Positions 10,031 to 21,949 of a DNA stretch of 64,000 nt are shown in pieces. The DNA is from Mobula birostris (taxonomy: Eukaryota). The stretch lies in assembly GCF_030028105.1 (NCBI RefSeq), contig NC_092395.1, forward strand, positions 42,932,459-42,996,458. The letters are read 5' to 3'. The notes beneath the pieces are model-generated. The model did not search any database. It saw only the letters and a program-made list of their open reading frames with translations, and was not told the origin of the DNA. The translations under genes were made by a program, and so were the position numbers. Position 1 is the first letter of the stretch. Every line of letters begins with the position of its first letter.

Positions 10031-11414
10031 ATTCTTGTAAATATTTTATCATAAATGAAGTTTATTTTGGAACAAAACCATTCTGAGTAACATTTCACTG
10101 ACCATGCCCATCTCGAGTCACACACCATGTCGTTTGAAGTGGCCTGGCAGCATAGCCCATTGTTTAGGAGACTTTTGCCCATTGTCTTCACTTGGTACCA
10201 CGAGATGGACAACAAATATCAGCTTTGCCAGTGACAGCCACATTCCAAGAATGTGGAATATCTGAGGTTGACCAGATTCCCAGGATCTGGAACAAAGCTC
10301 TTGGAGGAAAGGAAGCCCAGATGACACTGTACTGGTGAGTTTATACATGCACTTATCTGCTTCAAACACCCAGGAAATTAAATGTCTGTTGATTAAGTCA
10401 GGTCATAAGTCAGTCAGAATGTGCGCTGGCAATGTTGGAACCCAAGTGCAGAGGAAAGACAGAGTCCAATGTAGAGATGACAACCAGAGATTATTATTAA
10501 GAATTCCAACAGAACATTGGTGACTTGGACGAGCAACACTGCGAGATGTAACATTCCCAAAACTAGGATCCTGCTAGTAGCACTAATTGTGTCACCACTT
10601 AAATATTACAAGTTACACGGAATCCCTGTGGCTAACAAAGTTAAGTTTAACAAGTTTAAACATAAAACACCCAGAGTCTGCATGACAAAGTGTGAGTAAC
10701 TCAAAAACAAACAAGGAAAACAATTAACAAAAATTGACCAATTATGGTGCTGTTAAAAATCTCAGAGCCCAATTCCCTCCAGCTTGCCAGACAAGTCCAA
10801 AGAGCTCTTTACAAAGTCATATTATAGTGATGGTGTTTCAAGTGTAGATTTTCCTTGTTAATAGAGGCAATCTGATAGAAACAGCTCTGGCAGGGAATCT
10901 TAGAGCAATAGGAATGGACACCCTGGACAATGTGGGACCTCAGGAGGCTTCCTGTTTTCTGGACAATGGTAGGTACAGGAAGTATTTTCAGCTGAAGGTG
11001 CACAGCCTCTGGGTTTGGAGCTTGGGCAACAACAGCCCATCCACAAGGCTGATTGTTTCATGTGCAGTCGGCTTCAGGAGCTGGTCATCCTGCAGCTAAA
11101 GTGAGTGCATGTATCGGGGAGACGAGGAGATCACCAGGCAGACTGGTGCAGGGAGATAGGTCAGCAGATCCGTGAGGACTCCCTACTCCCTAACTGTATG
11201 ATATTCAGAGTACTGATTGGGGATAGTCTTCCTCTAGGGACAGAGACATGGCCAGACAAGTGGGTTCATTGTGCAGGCAGGGGAACAGGAAGAGGAATGG
11301 TTCCTAATTAGTGGAGCAGAATATCAAACTTTTCATCAAAGGAATTGGCCAGTTGGCCCATGTGCCAATAATTAAGTCAAATGAAACTGAACTAATCTGT
11401 TTCCACAAGGAACA

Positions 11415-11540
11415 GGAATTCTGCAGATGCTGGAAATTCAAGCAACATGCATAGGGTCTCAGTCTGAAACGTCGACTGCACCTCTTCCTAGAGATGTTGC
11501 CTGGCCTGCTGCGTTCACCAGCAACTTTTATGTGTGTTGT
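11415..11540 (+). repeat. Internally deleted copy of the Penelope-derived short repeat
   Basis: CTGCAGATGCTGGAAATTCAAGCAAC joined to AGGGTCTCAGTCTGAAACGTCGACT and GATGTTGCCTGGCCTGCTGCGTTCACCAGC. Confidence 0.75.
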
Positions 11541-11639
11541 TTCCACAAGGTCTGTATCCCTGCTATATTACTTTGGCTGCTGCAATTTCCTTTCACATCT
11601 CATAGATGGAGACTTTTGAACTTTATTTGCTTCAGGTGA

Positions 11640-12160
11640 GATAGCAGATGACTAGAGAATAGCAAAGGTGGTCCCATTATTCAAAAGGGCAACAGGTATA
11701 AACCAGGCAATGATGGGCCATGAGTTTTAAATCAGTGGAAGGGAATTATAGTAAAAATCCCAAGGATAGGATATATTTATGCTTGGAAAGGCTGAGATTA
11801 ATCTGGGCATAGTCAGCATGACTATACTTGTGGGAAAACCTGCCTCAATAATTGATTGAATTTTCAGGTATAAATAGAGATTGGATCAACTGATTTTTTG
11901 TATCTTGGGAACTTGAAGAAGCCAATGTGTGAGCTGATAGAGATATATGAAATTATGAGGAAGATAGAGGGTAGACATAAAGGATATTTTTCTGGTGGAG
12001 GGATAGCCTTAATCTGGTGAGTTTGGATATTTGGAGGAATCCTGAAGGGAAACATTCCATGAAGAGAATGGTGTAAAATTTGAACATCATTTGTGAGGAG
12101 TTGGTAGATGCAGGTAGTCTCAACAAACACTTGAATTGCAGAGAAGATTACAGGCCAAAT
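11640..12160 (+). repeat. Degraded CR1 RT and 3' fragments
   Basis: Similar to the CR1 ORF2 region (FKKG..DKPGNYRPVSL..VVGKL) and CR1 3' end. The 3' part matches 53800-54100. Confidence 0.65.
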
Positions 12161-14099
12161 GCCAGTTCATAACTACATTCAGCAGGACCTGGACAACATT
12201 CAGGTATGGGCTCATATGGATTAAGTAATATTCATATGATGGATGTGCGGGACTGGTGTCATGTTCAAGGAGAGTCTGTCAAGCTACCTACCCGTGGCAT
12301 TCAGCGCCAAACCACCATGATACTTTGCCACTATTTATAACATCTAAGGCAAGGACATAAAGGAATATTTTCCAATTTTGTAGAAGAGTACAGCTCCAAA
12401 AACATTTCAGAAGGTCAAAACTATCGAGGAGAAGGCAGCCCAATTTCCACCACCCAATTTCCATTGCCATTGACATTCATTTACTCCACCATGGATGGTC
12501 CCAAGCCCAGTTGAAAGAGGTGGAGTGTTGGACATGGGTCAAGCAATACATCCTGTAGAAACCAAGAGCTACAGAAATGCTAAGAGAAGCTTCAAAGAGC
12601 TCCTCCCTGAGAGAGGATGGGTCTTTGAAGATGGGCTACACCTGTGAACATCTTGAAAGAATGGGCCAGGACAGAGAACTCTGACCTGTGGCCGATGCTC
12701 CAGGAGGGTGATAGGCTTAAACAAACAAACATCAACATTTGTTCTATCCCCCAAAGGTGTACAATGAATTTAGTGTGGTCCACTTATAAAATGTCCTGTT
12801 GTTACTTCCCCATGTTACTCTAGCAACACCTTCCAAACCTTTCAGCTCAACCGCAAATACACAAGGTCAGAATAAGCAGGAGGTGTCCACTGCAAGTTCA
12901 CTGCGAAGTTACTAACTTAGTAGACTTGGAAATATCTACTAAGCAGATAAAAAAATACCTATTCTTGGACCTTAGAAAGATTTCTATAAATGTACTGTGT
13001 TAGGGAGTTTCCTGAATCTTTAGCCTTTGGGAGAAAGTAACTAAAACATGAATATTTTGAGTTCGAAAAATGTTCTGTGATGTGAGGCCACCTGTGAGCT
13101 CACTTGAGTTTTATCGATCTCTATCTTACAGCCAAGATATCAGTGCAGGGAGATTCAACTGTTATATTGAAGCTGGAGCCAGTTAAGTATCTGAAACTGC
13201 TGGACTGTGGGGAGAAAGGCTGGGGCATGCAATATTTTTAATATTGAGCTGGTCTGCAGTGAACAGGCCAAATGGCCTCACTTTCTGAGGGAACCATTCT
13301 GATTCGCCATTATTTACCCTCTTATGATGACCTGTGAGTGTGAGGCGGTGAATTTAGTTCTGACACCTCCAAAGTAAAGCCTTCTTATTTTTTGCAGTTC
13401 ATGAAGTTGATAATTGACTGATGTTTCCCAGTTTTTTCACTTGTTTCTGTACTGTCTAGTCATTGAGATTAAATGGCAGCATCCATCTCCAATGTAGTAC
13501 AACTCCCTTTTGTAACTCTGGTTAGATCTGGAGATGATATTGTCCAGAAGGTTCTTCGAGAGTCAAAAGGAGTTTCCAAATTTATGGTTACAGCTGTTTC
13601 ATCAGATGTTCATCATGGTAGAGGTCAGATAAGTCCAGCCTGTACCAGCAAACAAAGCAGAAAAATCACAAAGGATTATGAACAAATGTTTCACTTCCAT
13701 ATTGGAAAACCAGTCGGACTGCTCCCTGATAAGAAACCCAAGAGCAGTGACTGATTCACACATCAGTTTGGCAAATATACAGTGGAAACAGATATAAAAA
13801 TCTACAGATTGCTAAATCTACAGGTTGCTAAAAATCTACAGATAAATAGATTCAAGATTCGAGATTGTTAATGTCATTTCCAGCCACTATGCAAGGGCAA
13901 AGAAAAATGAAGTAATTGTTACTCCAGATCTGATGTAGCACAAAAAGCCTGAAGATAAGAATACAGTACTAAAAAAAAGCATGCTAAACATAAATACCAT
14001 AAGGACATAAGACATAAGAGCAAAATTAGCTCATCTGGCCCATCGAGTCTGCTCTGCCAATCAATCATGGCTGATCTTTTTTTCTCCTCCTCCTCAACC

Positions 14100-15650
14100 C
14101 CAGTTCCCGGCCTTCACAAATACATGAGATAGTTTACATACACAGATTGATTGTATGTCCATAAACTGACACTAGGCACAGAATTGTCTGTACATAAGGT
14201 GACTCTGACAGGAAATGATGAAGTAGAGGTGATGGAGGTGTGCATTTAAAGGTGGAGGAGTTAGTCATCCTTCGTACTTGGGGAAATTAACTGTTTTTGA
14301 ATCTAGTGGTCCTGACATGGATGCTATGCAGCATCCTCTCAGCTGGGAGTGGGACAGTCAATGTGCAGGGTTGGTGGGATCCTTCATGACATTACTGGCA
14401 CCATTCTGCTTTTACATCCTTAATGGTGGGTCAACTTGTGCCGCTGATGCATTGGCCATATCCATTGTATAGAACTTCCTGTCCAGCACAGAGCAGTTTC
14501 CTAACCATGCAATGAGAAAGCTTGTTAAGATGCTCTCTACTGTGCATCTACAGAAGGTCATGAGTAAAGATGTGCATAGTCCAGCTCACTTCAACCTCCT
14601 CAGAAAGTAAAGTTGTTGGTGAGCTTTCCCAGTTGTGCAGGATGTGTTCTGGGACGATGAGAGGTGATGCATGATGTGCGGCCGATGTGATGTGTGCGGT
14701 GTGAGTTCTCCTGACATCAATAACAATCTTCTTTGTCTTGTTGACATTGAGGAACAAGTTAATTGCCTGGAACCAGACATCAAACTCTTGCACCTCCTCT
14801 CTGAAGGCTGTATTATCATTGTTGGTGATGAGCCCCACCACTGTTGTGTCATTGGGAAACCTGACAATGTGATTACTTAATGTTTGGCTGTGCAGTGATG
14901 TGAGAGCAGAGTGTTTAACAATGGGGTGAGCGCAGAGCCCTGGGGGTGGGGAGAACCCGTGTTAAGGATCATGGAGAGGGAGGAGCAGTTGTGCATCCTA
15001 TCTGAGGTCTGTTTGTTCGGAAGTCCAACAACCAGTTGCACGGTGGTAGATTTAGGCTGAGGAGTAGGAATTTGTTCACCAGTGTTTGTGGACAATCGTG
15101 TTGAATGCTGAACTGAAATCCAGAAACAGCATTCTGACAGTCCTGCAGGAGGGTCTTGGCCTGAAACGTCGACTGTACTCTTTTCGATAGCTGCTGCCTG
15201 GCATGCTGAGTTGCTCCAGCATTTTATGTGTGCTGCTTGGATTTCCAGCATCTGCAGATTTTCTCTTGTTCTGACGCAAGTGCTCCTGTTCTCTCGGTGT
15301 ACCAGGGCCAGGTGCATGACAGATGCTATTGCATTCGTCATTCAGTAAACATATTTGTGAGTGTCCAGTGTGGCGGGAATGAGCTTTTGATGTGTGCCAT
15401 TACCAGCTATTCAAAGCACTTCATGATAATTGGTGTCAGTGACACCGGTCGATAGTCGTTTTGTTCTGAGAGTGTCGAGTACTTATCGTACAGGAATGAT
15501 GGCGGCTGATCTGAAGCATATGGGACAGCAGCCTGGATGAGTGAAGTGTTGTAGATGTCCGTGAGGAGGTCAGTGAGCTGGTGTGTACATTTCCTGAGTG
15601 CTCAGCCTGGGATGTTGTCTGGCCCAGCTGCCTTATGGGGTTTGACTCCC
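14100..15650 (-). mobile_element. Rex1/Babar-type LINE RT fragment
   Basis: MLFLDFSSAFNTIV, GSPHPQGSALTPLLNTL, VVGLITNNDNTAFREEVQ, LNVNKTKKIVID, QQLYFLRRLK. Orthologous at 55950-57420. Confidence 0.88.
15139..15268 (+). mobile_element. 130-bp insertion of the hammerhead-remnant repeat with 7-bp TSD
   Basis: TTCTGAC at 15132-15138 and 15269-15275. A single TTCTGAC is present at the empty orthologous site (~57027-57033). Confidence 0.85.
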
Positions 15651-15839
15651 TGCAGAGTCCTTGTGATTATACAAACAGGAAAGCAAGTGTAAGCAAAACT
15701 AGAAAAAGACAATAAAAGCAATAATTTGGGCTGTAATTAACACACCTCAGTCAGAATCAGAATCAGCTTTATTATCACTGACAGATCCAATACACTTCCC
15801 TTGTGACTCTCTCTTTTGTAAAATAAAATCATTTAAAAT

Positions 15840-16330
15840 CTGAGGACAATAACATGCAAGGTAGGACATTATTAGTAGTTCTTCATGAGATAAACTGTCC
15901 AAAACATTGATGGTGACAAAACAAATGATGGTGACGAGGAGGTGTACAGGAGTGAGATAGATCAGCTGGTTGAATTGTATTACAACAACAACCTTGCACT
16001 TAACGTCAGTAGGAACAATGAACTGGTTGTGAACTTCAGGAAGAGGAAGTTGAAGGAACACACACCAGTCCTCATTGGGGGATCAGCATTGGAAAGTGCG
16101 TGCAGTTTCATTCAAAAGGCGATGACTCAAACAGACAGTATCCAACATTCAGGTCCCATCATTCAGGACATGCCCTCTACCTAATGCTGCCATCAAGGAG
16201 GAGGTACAGGAGCCTGAAGACACACACCCAATGTTTCAGGAACAGCTTCTTCCCCTCTGCCATCTTATTTTTGAATGGGCAATGAATCCATGAATACTGC
16301 GACAGTATTTTTCCTTCTCTTTTTCACTAC
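15840..16330 (+). mobile_element. Rex1/Babar-type LINE 3' RT fragment
   Basis: YRSEIDQLVELYYNNNLALNVSRNNELVVNFRKRK; LMLPSRRRYRSLKTHTQCFRNSFFPSAI. Confidence 0.85.
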
Positions 16331-16479
16331 TTGTTTAATTTAATCTTAATAATTCTTTCTGTCCCCTAATGGGTGGTGTATTTGTATATATTTCCCTCAA
16401 TGTTGAGGACTGGGAGTTTGAGGGTTCCGCGTAGATATGTGAAAAGGTCGAAGAGTGTATCAGCAACCACCTGCATACG

Positions 16480-17900
16480 GATGAACTCAAGCTGTAGGCT
16501 AGAAATGAAAGAGACGTTGACTTACTAATCCACCTGACAAGGGTGTATGGAAGAGACATTGGGATGTCATTTGAACTGGAAAAGTGCAGCGGGAAGGTGG
16601 TAGGAAGAGGGAAACTCATCAATACTGAGGGAATTGAGTTACCTGAAGGTGACATACCAGATCTACAGGACAGCTACAAACACCTGGATATCCTGCAGAC
16701 ACATGGAAGCCACAATGAGGACACAAGGAAGGCTGCAACATCCAAGTACCTCCAGAGAATGAGACAGGTCCTTAAGAGCCAGCTGATTGGGAAGAACATG
16801 GTCAGAGTCATCAACACATTCGCCCTGCCAGTCATCAGATACCCAGCTGCAATGATGTGCTGGACAAGGAACGAGCTGGAAGCCAGTGACATCAAGACCC
16901 AGAAACAACCAACAATACATGGAGGCTTTCTCTCAATGTCTAACACTGAGTGACTGCACACCTACTGGAATAAACGGCGATGAGGTCTTGGAATTGTCAA
17001 GGCCACAATCCTGGAGGAAATGTGAAACTTCTGTGAGTATGTCAGGAAGATGGCCCTTAAGGATGACCTGCTTAGAGAATACCTCAGGCAGCAGGCTGGG
17101 GACATGGGTGAAGCAGAGCCAGAGCACCAGAGGCCATGGCAGGACAAGTCGCTGCATAGGACGTACCATCCCCAGATATCAGAGGTGGCTGACATTAGAA
17201 AGTCCTACCAATGGCTGGAAATAGCAGGGCTGAGGAACAGCACAGAGGTGCTGCTCATGGCTGCACAAGAACAGACACTGAACACAAGAGCAATAGAAGC
17301 AGGAGTCAATTAAACCAAACAAGACTCAAGATGCAGACTGTGGACGGATCTCCACTGAAACCATCCAGCACATAGTAGCAGAGTTTAAGATGCAGACAGG
17401 GACAGCATACACAGTCAAGTTGCAGGAATTGTGTACAGGAACATCTGCACTTAGAATAGATTGGACACCCGCAAGATCAAATGAGGAACACCTGAGAAGA
17501 TAGTGGAGAATGACAGAGCTGAGATCCTGTGGGACCTCCAAATATAGACTGATGAGCAGGTATTGGCCAAGCAACCAGATATAGTAATACAGGACAAGAA
17601 ACAGGAGAAAGCAATGCTAATAGATGTGGCACTCCCAATTGATAGTAACATCAGGAAGAAAGAATATGAGAAGCTGGAGAAATGCCAGGGTTTGAAAGAG
17701 CAGATACAAACAACATAGAAGGTTAAAGCCAGAATAATTCCGCTGGTGATAGGTGCACTTGGAGCTGTGACACCTGGACTGGGAGAGTGGCTCCATCCAA
17801 TCCCAAGAACAATATCTGATATGTCTGTGCAGAAGAGTGCACGACTAGGGACGGCAAGGATACTGTGCCAAACCCTCAAGCCCCCAGGCCTCTGGTAGAC
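16480..17900 (+). mobile_element. R4/Dong-like non-LTR retrotransposon, 3' part (RT end, zinc knuckle, restriction-like endonuclease), degraded
   Basis: DIGMSFELEKC, INTFALPVIRYPA, CRLW...ETIQHIV, then ILWDLQIYTDEQVLAKQPDIVIQDKKQEKAMLIDVALPIDSNIRKKEYEKLEKCQGL (PD..D..K REL motif). Confidence 0.85.
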
Positions 17901-18599
17901 GACCCAAGATTGAGGGAGAAATACACATACTCACCACCCATAGCAGGTGAGAAAATGTATGTGCCCCTTATTGAAATTTATCATTTATTAAATTATTATG
18001 CAATGTAATGTAGTGTTGCTGCAAAACAACCAATTTTATAACGTATGTCGGTGATATTAAATATGATTCTGATGCCGAAACATTCCCCTTAAAGAAAATA
18101 CTGCCACAAAATGTTTAACATGGAAACTTACTGTAAATATAAGTGAACACTTCAGTTATTTTTCAGACAATGTTGTTTGTTTCCAATATTTCAATCATAA
18201 ATTATCCTGTTTCACTCTATAGAGTCCGATATTTCAATACTACAAATACACTAATACAATCTGACAATAATATTCCAACTTGTTATCAATGAACTGTAGA
18301 ATATTAAGACCCAAAATTCGAGTCATTGATAAAATTTAACCGAGATTTTCTGATCCTTGGAATGACAATACTACTTTGAAAGCCAGCTGCACTCATTTCA
18401 ATATAAAAAGTTTGACTGGGTGAGGCAAGGCTGCTGCGAGTTGGTTCTGCAGCAGTTTACACTGTGAATGGAGGAGGCCTGGAATGTAACACAGTGATAA
18501 AATATTCCATGGGAAATTGGATGTTATCGTTAATGTGAAAGAAACAACCGATTTTAATTATCAATTTTATAAATAAAAACAGCCCCGCAATAAAAAAAA

Positions 18600-19310
18600 A
18601 GCTTTGGTTCAGTTTTAGAGCAGCTGCTGCCTGGGTATGAAAACAGCAAACATCTGTGGCTACAGCAGGATATGAGCTGTTATTTTAAGGATGGGACAGC
18701 CCAGAATGCTTACATTTGCCATTTCTACCAAATATCATAGTTCCTGTTCCACCTGATATTATTTTAAGTATCTGTGAAGCACTTGACCTTTAAAGGGACA
18801 TTATCTCTGGTGCTACCCTTGAGTTATGGCAGTGAGAACAAGAATTACTTCAGAAATTGTGCTATGTTGACTGTCAGAGCAAATTCACCCCACAGATTTG
18901 TTCACTGAATTCCAGGGGAAGAAAATGTTAATGAGGCCTGACGGTTGATCTGTGCGACAGTCAGTTTACTCCCATTAAAGAGTTGTAGAATATGGCTTCT
19001 GTTAACTGCCATCTACTTTACAACAACCTGTTGATCACATCTACCAGTACGATCATTGACAGAAGAATCTTCCATATGTGGATTGGTGAGGCTGAGGTCA
19101 AGTATGTTTCTCTCTGCTGTTGCTCATTCATTGTCTGCTGCAGGCTCTCACTCGAAGCTCTGTCCTTCAGGACTTGGCCAACTCAGTCTGTGTTGGTGCA
19201 ACCCAACCACTCTTGGTGACCACCATAGAAGTCCCAGTAAACATTCTGTGTTCTTGCTTCTATTAGTACTTACTCTGTGTTGCTCAACATGGGGAACATT
19301 GATTCATCCG
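18600..19310. other. Conserved non-coding element, copy A (copy B ~62600-63360 direct; copy C ~26170-27030 inverted)
   Basis: Alignable by eye. Core CAGCAGGA(T/A)ATGAGCTGTTATTTTAAGG at 18663-18690. Confidence 0.75.
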
Positions 19311-19329
19311 TGGAGGGAGGCCAGGAGAT

Positions 19330-19870
19330 TGTAATCAGGAGGAGGTCTCCGTGTCCATGTTTCTCTTGATGTTACGAGACTTCACTGTGTTTGGATTCAA
19401 TGCTCAAGACACCAAGGGCTCCTTTCCCCTGCTGGTACACCACTGTGCCCCCACCTCCACAGAGTCCTTTAGGAAAATACGCACCCAGGATGGTGAGGGT
19501 GAAATTGCCATTTTGTCTCTCCTGCTCCTGTCTGTTGCTGGAGCCACACTTTGCACAATGTAATGTCAAACAACCCAGAACCAGGACATCTCTGCAGGAT
19601 GATGGATTTCCAGCATATGCAGCATCTCTTGTGTTTATCATCATTGCAGAAGTTCCTCTGGGAAGTATACTCATCCCAACTGCTTCATCAGTGACCTTCC
19701 TCCCATCATAAAGTCAGCAGTGGGGTGTTCACAGGCATTTGCAGAATGTTCAGTTCCACTTGTAACCCTGTCACCCCTCAGATGATGCTTCACTGCCAGC
19801 CTGTATGCCGCATATTCTTTCTTCCTGATGTTACCGTCAATTGGGATTGCAGTATCACGTCGGCAGACAA
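19330..19870 (+). repeat. CR1/L2-group LINE RT fragment
   Basis: Remnant of the VPQGSVLGP..FINDLP..VGMFADDC-type region. Orthologous at 63400-64000. Confidence 0.65.
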
Positions 19871-20409
19871 AATCAAGCAAAGTTCCTCATTCAATTTGGT
19901 GGTATTTGTTCTAAGTGTATTTAATAAAGAATGGAATTTGTCCTATTATACACGACCAAGTCCAAGAACCCTCAGGTGGACAATGATACTCCACTGGATT
20001 ATATAATAAGTGTGGATGTGATGAAGTGGTTGGACCATATTTCACAGGATTGTCTCAAACTAGATACAGGTTCCAAAGTGTTTGTAACAAATGTTGACTT
20101 TTCATTCATTTCCTTAGACACTGCCTGACCTGCTGAGTTCCTCCAGCAATTTGTGAGTGTTGCTCTGTAGGTGAGCATGTTCTCCTATGAGATACCTGCT
20201 CATTATATTGATTGAGACCTGTGCCCATTGTCAAGCAAAATGAGTGAAGTGTTTGGCTGGATCCACGACAAAAATATTTCTGGAGATCTGGAAGGGAAAT
20301 TCTGTCCAACACAAGGAAGGAAGGACACTTCATGGGGCACTGAATCAGCAAGCATGGAGTAAGCTGGAGGTTAATTTCTGAGATGAGTGAGTTGCCTTTG
20401 TCTGGAGCA

Positions 20410-21200
20410 GAAAAACAGATTTTAAAAAAAGCCAGATGTTGGGGGAATTCAGCAGGTATAGCAGCATCTGTAGAGGGAAATGTACAGTTGACATATCGTG
20501 TTGGGTCCTTTTATCTAGACTGAATGACAAGAAGGCAGATATCCAGTATAAAATGTTGAAGGGAAGGGGTGGAACTAGAGGTGGCAAGTGAGAAATGGAT
20601 CAATGTGAAGGGTGGGGGGTGACAGATAGATGGAGAAAGGGAAGGTGGAAATGATGACAAAGATTGGAGGTGATAGATGGAGGAAACCAGGGCTGAAAAT
20701 AATGGAATCTGATTGGGGAAGTTGGGTAATGGAATGAAGTGAGGAAGATGCGGAGGGCAGATGGGAATGGTGAGGAAGGGGAGACATAGTGGAACAAGTG
20801 TATGGGTCATGGGCAGATGTAGTAGGTAGAGTGAGGAACTGAAATTGAGTGTTAGGAGATAGGGAGAGCTTAGGAAAAATGGGGAGACCAGGAGAAGAAA
20901 AAATAGGAAGAGAGGAGGAACAGTTGACTAGAAATTAGAGAATTCAGCTCTCATGCCATTAGGCTGTAGTCTACCCAGGTGGCATAGAAGGTGATGATCC
21001 TCTAGTTTGTGTTTAGCTTCGCCATGGAAGAGGCCGAGACTGAGCACAGACATGTCAGTGTAGGAACAGGCTTGAAAATTAAATATATAACAACTGGGTG
21101 CTCTATATAGTCATGGCAGACAGAACACAAATGCTCAGGAAGCTGGTCATGCAGTTTGTGCCTTGTTTCACCAATATAGGAGTGGCCACGTTGGGAGAAC
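20410..21200 (-). mobile_element. Penelope-like element 3' end (C-terminus of the GIY-YIG region plus terminal repeat with hammerhead remnant)
   Basis: Minus strand ~21083-20928 reads FNFQACSYTDMSVLSLGLFHGEAKHKLEDHHLLCHLGRLQPNGMRAEFSNF*, typical of vertebrate PLE C-termini. A pyrimidine-rich tract and the short-repeat arm (20430-20520) follow. Confidence 0.8.
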
Positions 21201-21949
21201 CAGATGGAATAATCTAGGCTGGAGGCTTTGGATGTGATTTTGCATTTGCATGTCTGGCCAGGAACCAGGATGTCTGATCTTGAAAGCTACCCCCATCAGC
21301 AAGTCTATCAATTCTCTCTTAGCTCCCCCCATTCTCAATATTTGTATTCAAACAAAAAACCATCAAACTTTCAGTGTGAGAAGATCGAAGTTTTAGGACA
21401 GAAAATCTGTGAACAAATGAAAATATGATTCAGTAAATTTTCAGCTTAGGTTTATGCATATTTCTTGAATATTTGAAATGCATTCCTGGGATTTGGGCAT
21501 CATCGTCAAGGCCAATATCAATTTCCCATCCCTCATGGAGTGGTGGTGAACCATGGACTGGACTCGCTGCCAACCTTCTGAGGCAGGTGCTCTCACAGTG
21601 ACGTTGGGGAGGGTGTTCCAGCAGGTAAATTGAAAGACTGGCGAGACATTCAGGCCAGGATGCCAGTTTGAGAGGGGGCCTGAGGAGGTGGTAATCTTCT
21701 ACATAGCTTGCACTTGCCCTTCCTGGTGACCTTGGCCACTGTTTAGGAGGTACAGTCGGAGGAGCTGAGTGTATAACTTGAGATTTTCCACCCTGCAGCC
21801 ACTGTGGGCAGTAGTGGAATGAGTGAATGTCTCGAGGAGTTATTCCAGGAGGTATGATCAAGAGTGCTATTGTGTCCAGGATGACACTGAGCTACCTTTG
21901 AGTTATTGTGACTGTTATCAAACCAGTCAGTGGAGAGTACTCAAGGTTT

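Noticed and set aside
18439-18528. Outward-facing heptamers CACTGTG (18460-18466) and CACAGTG (18490-18496) 23 nt apart, resembling a D segment
   Set aside because: No acceptable nonamer at 12- or 23-nt spacing on either side, and the left heptamer is not conserved in the duplicate (~62408).
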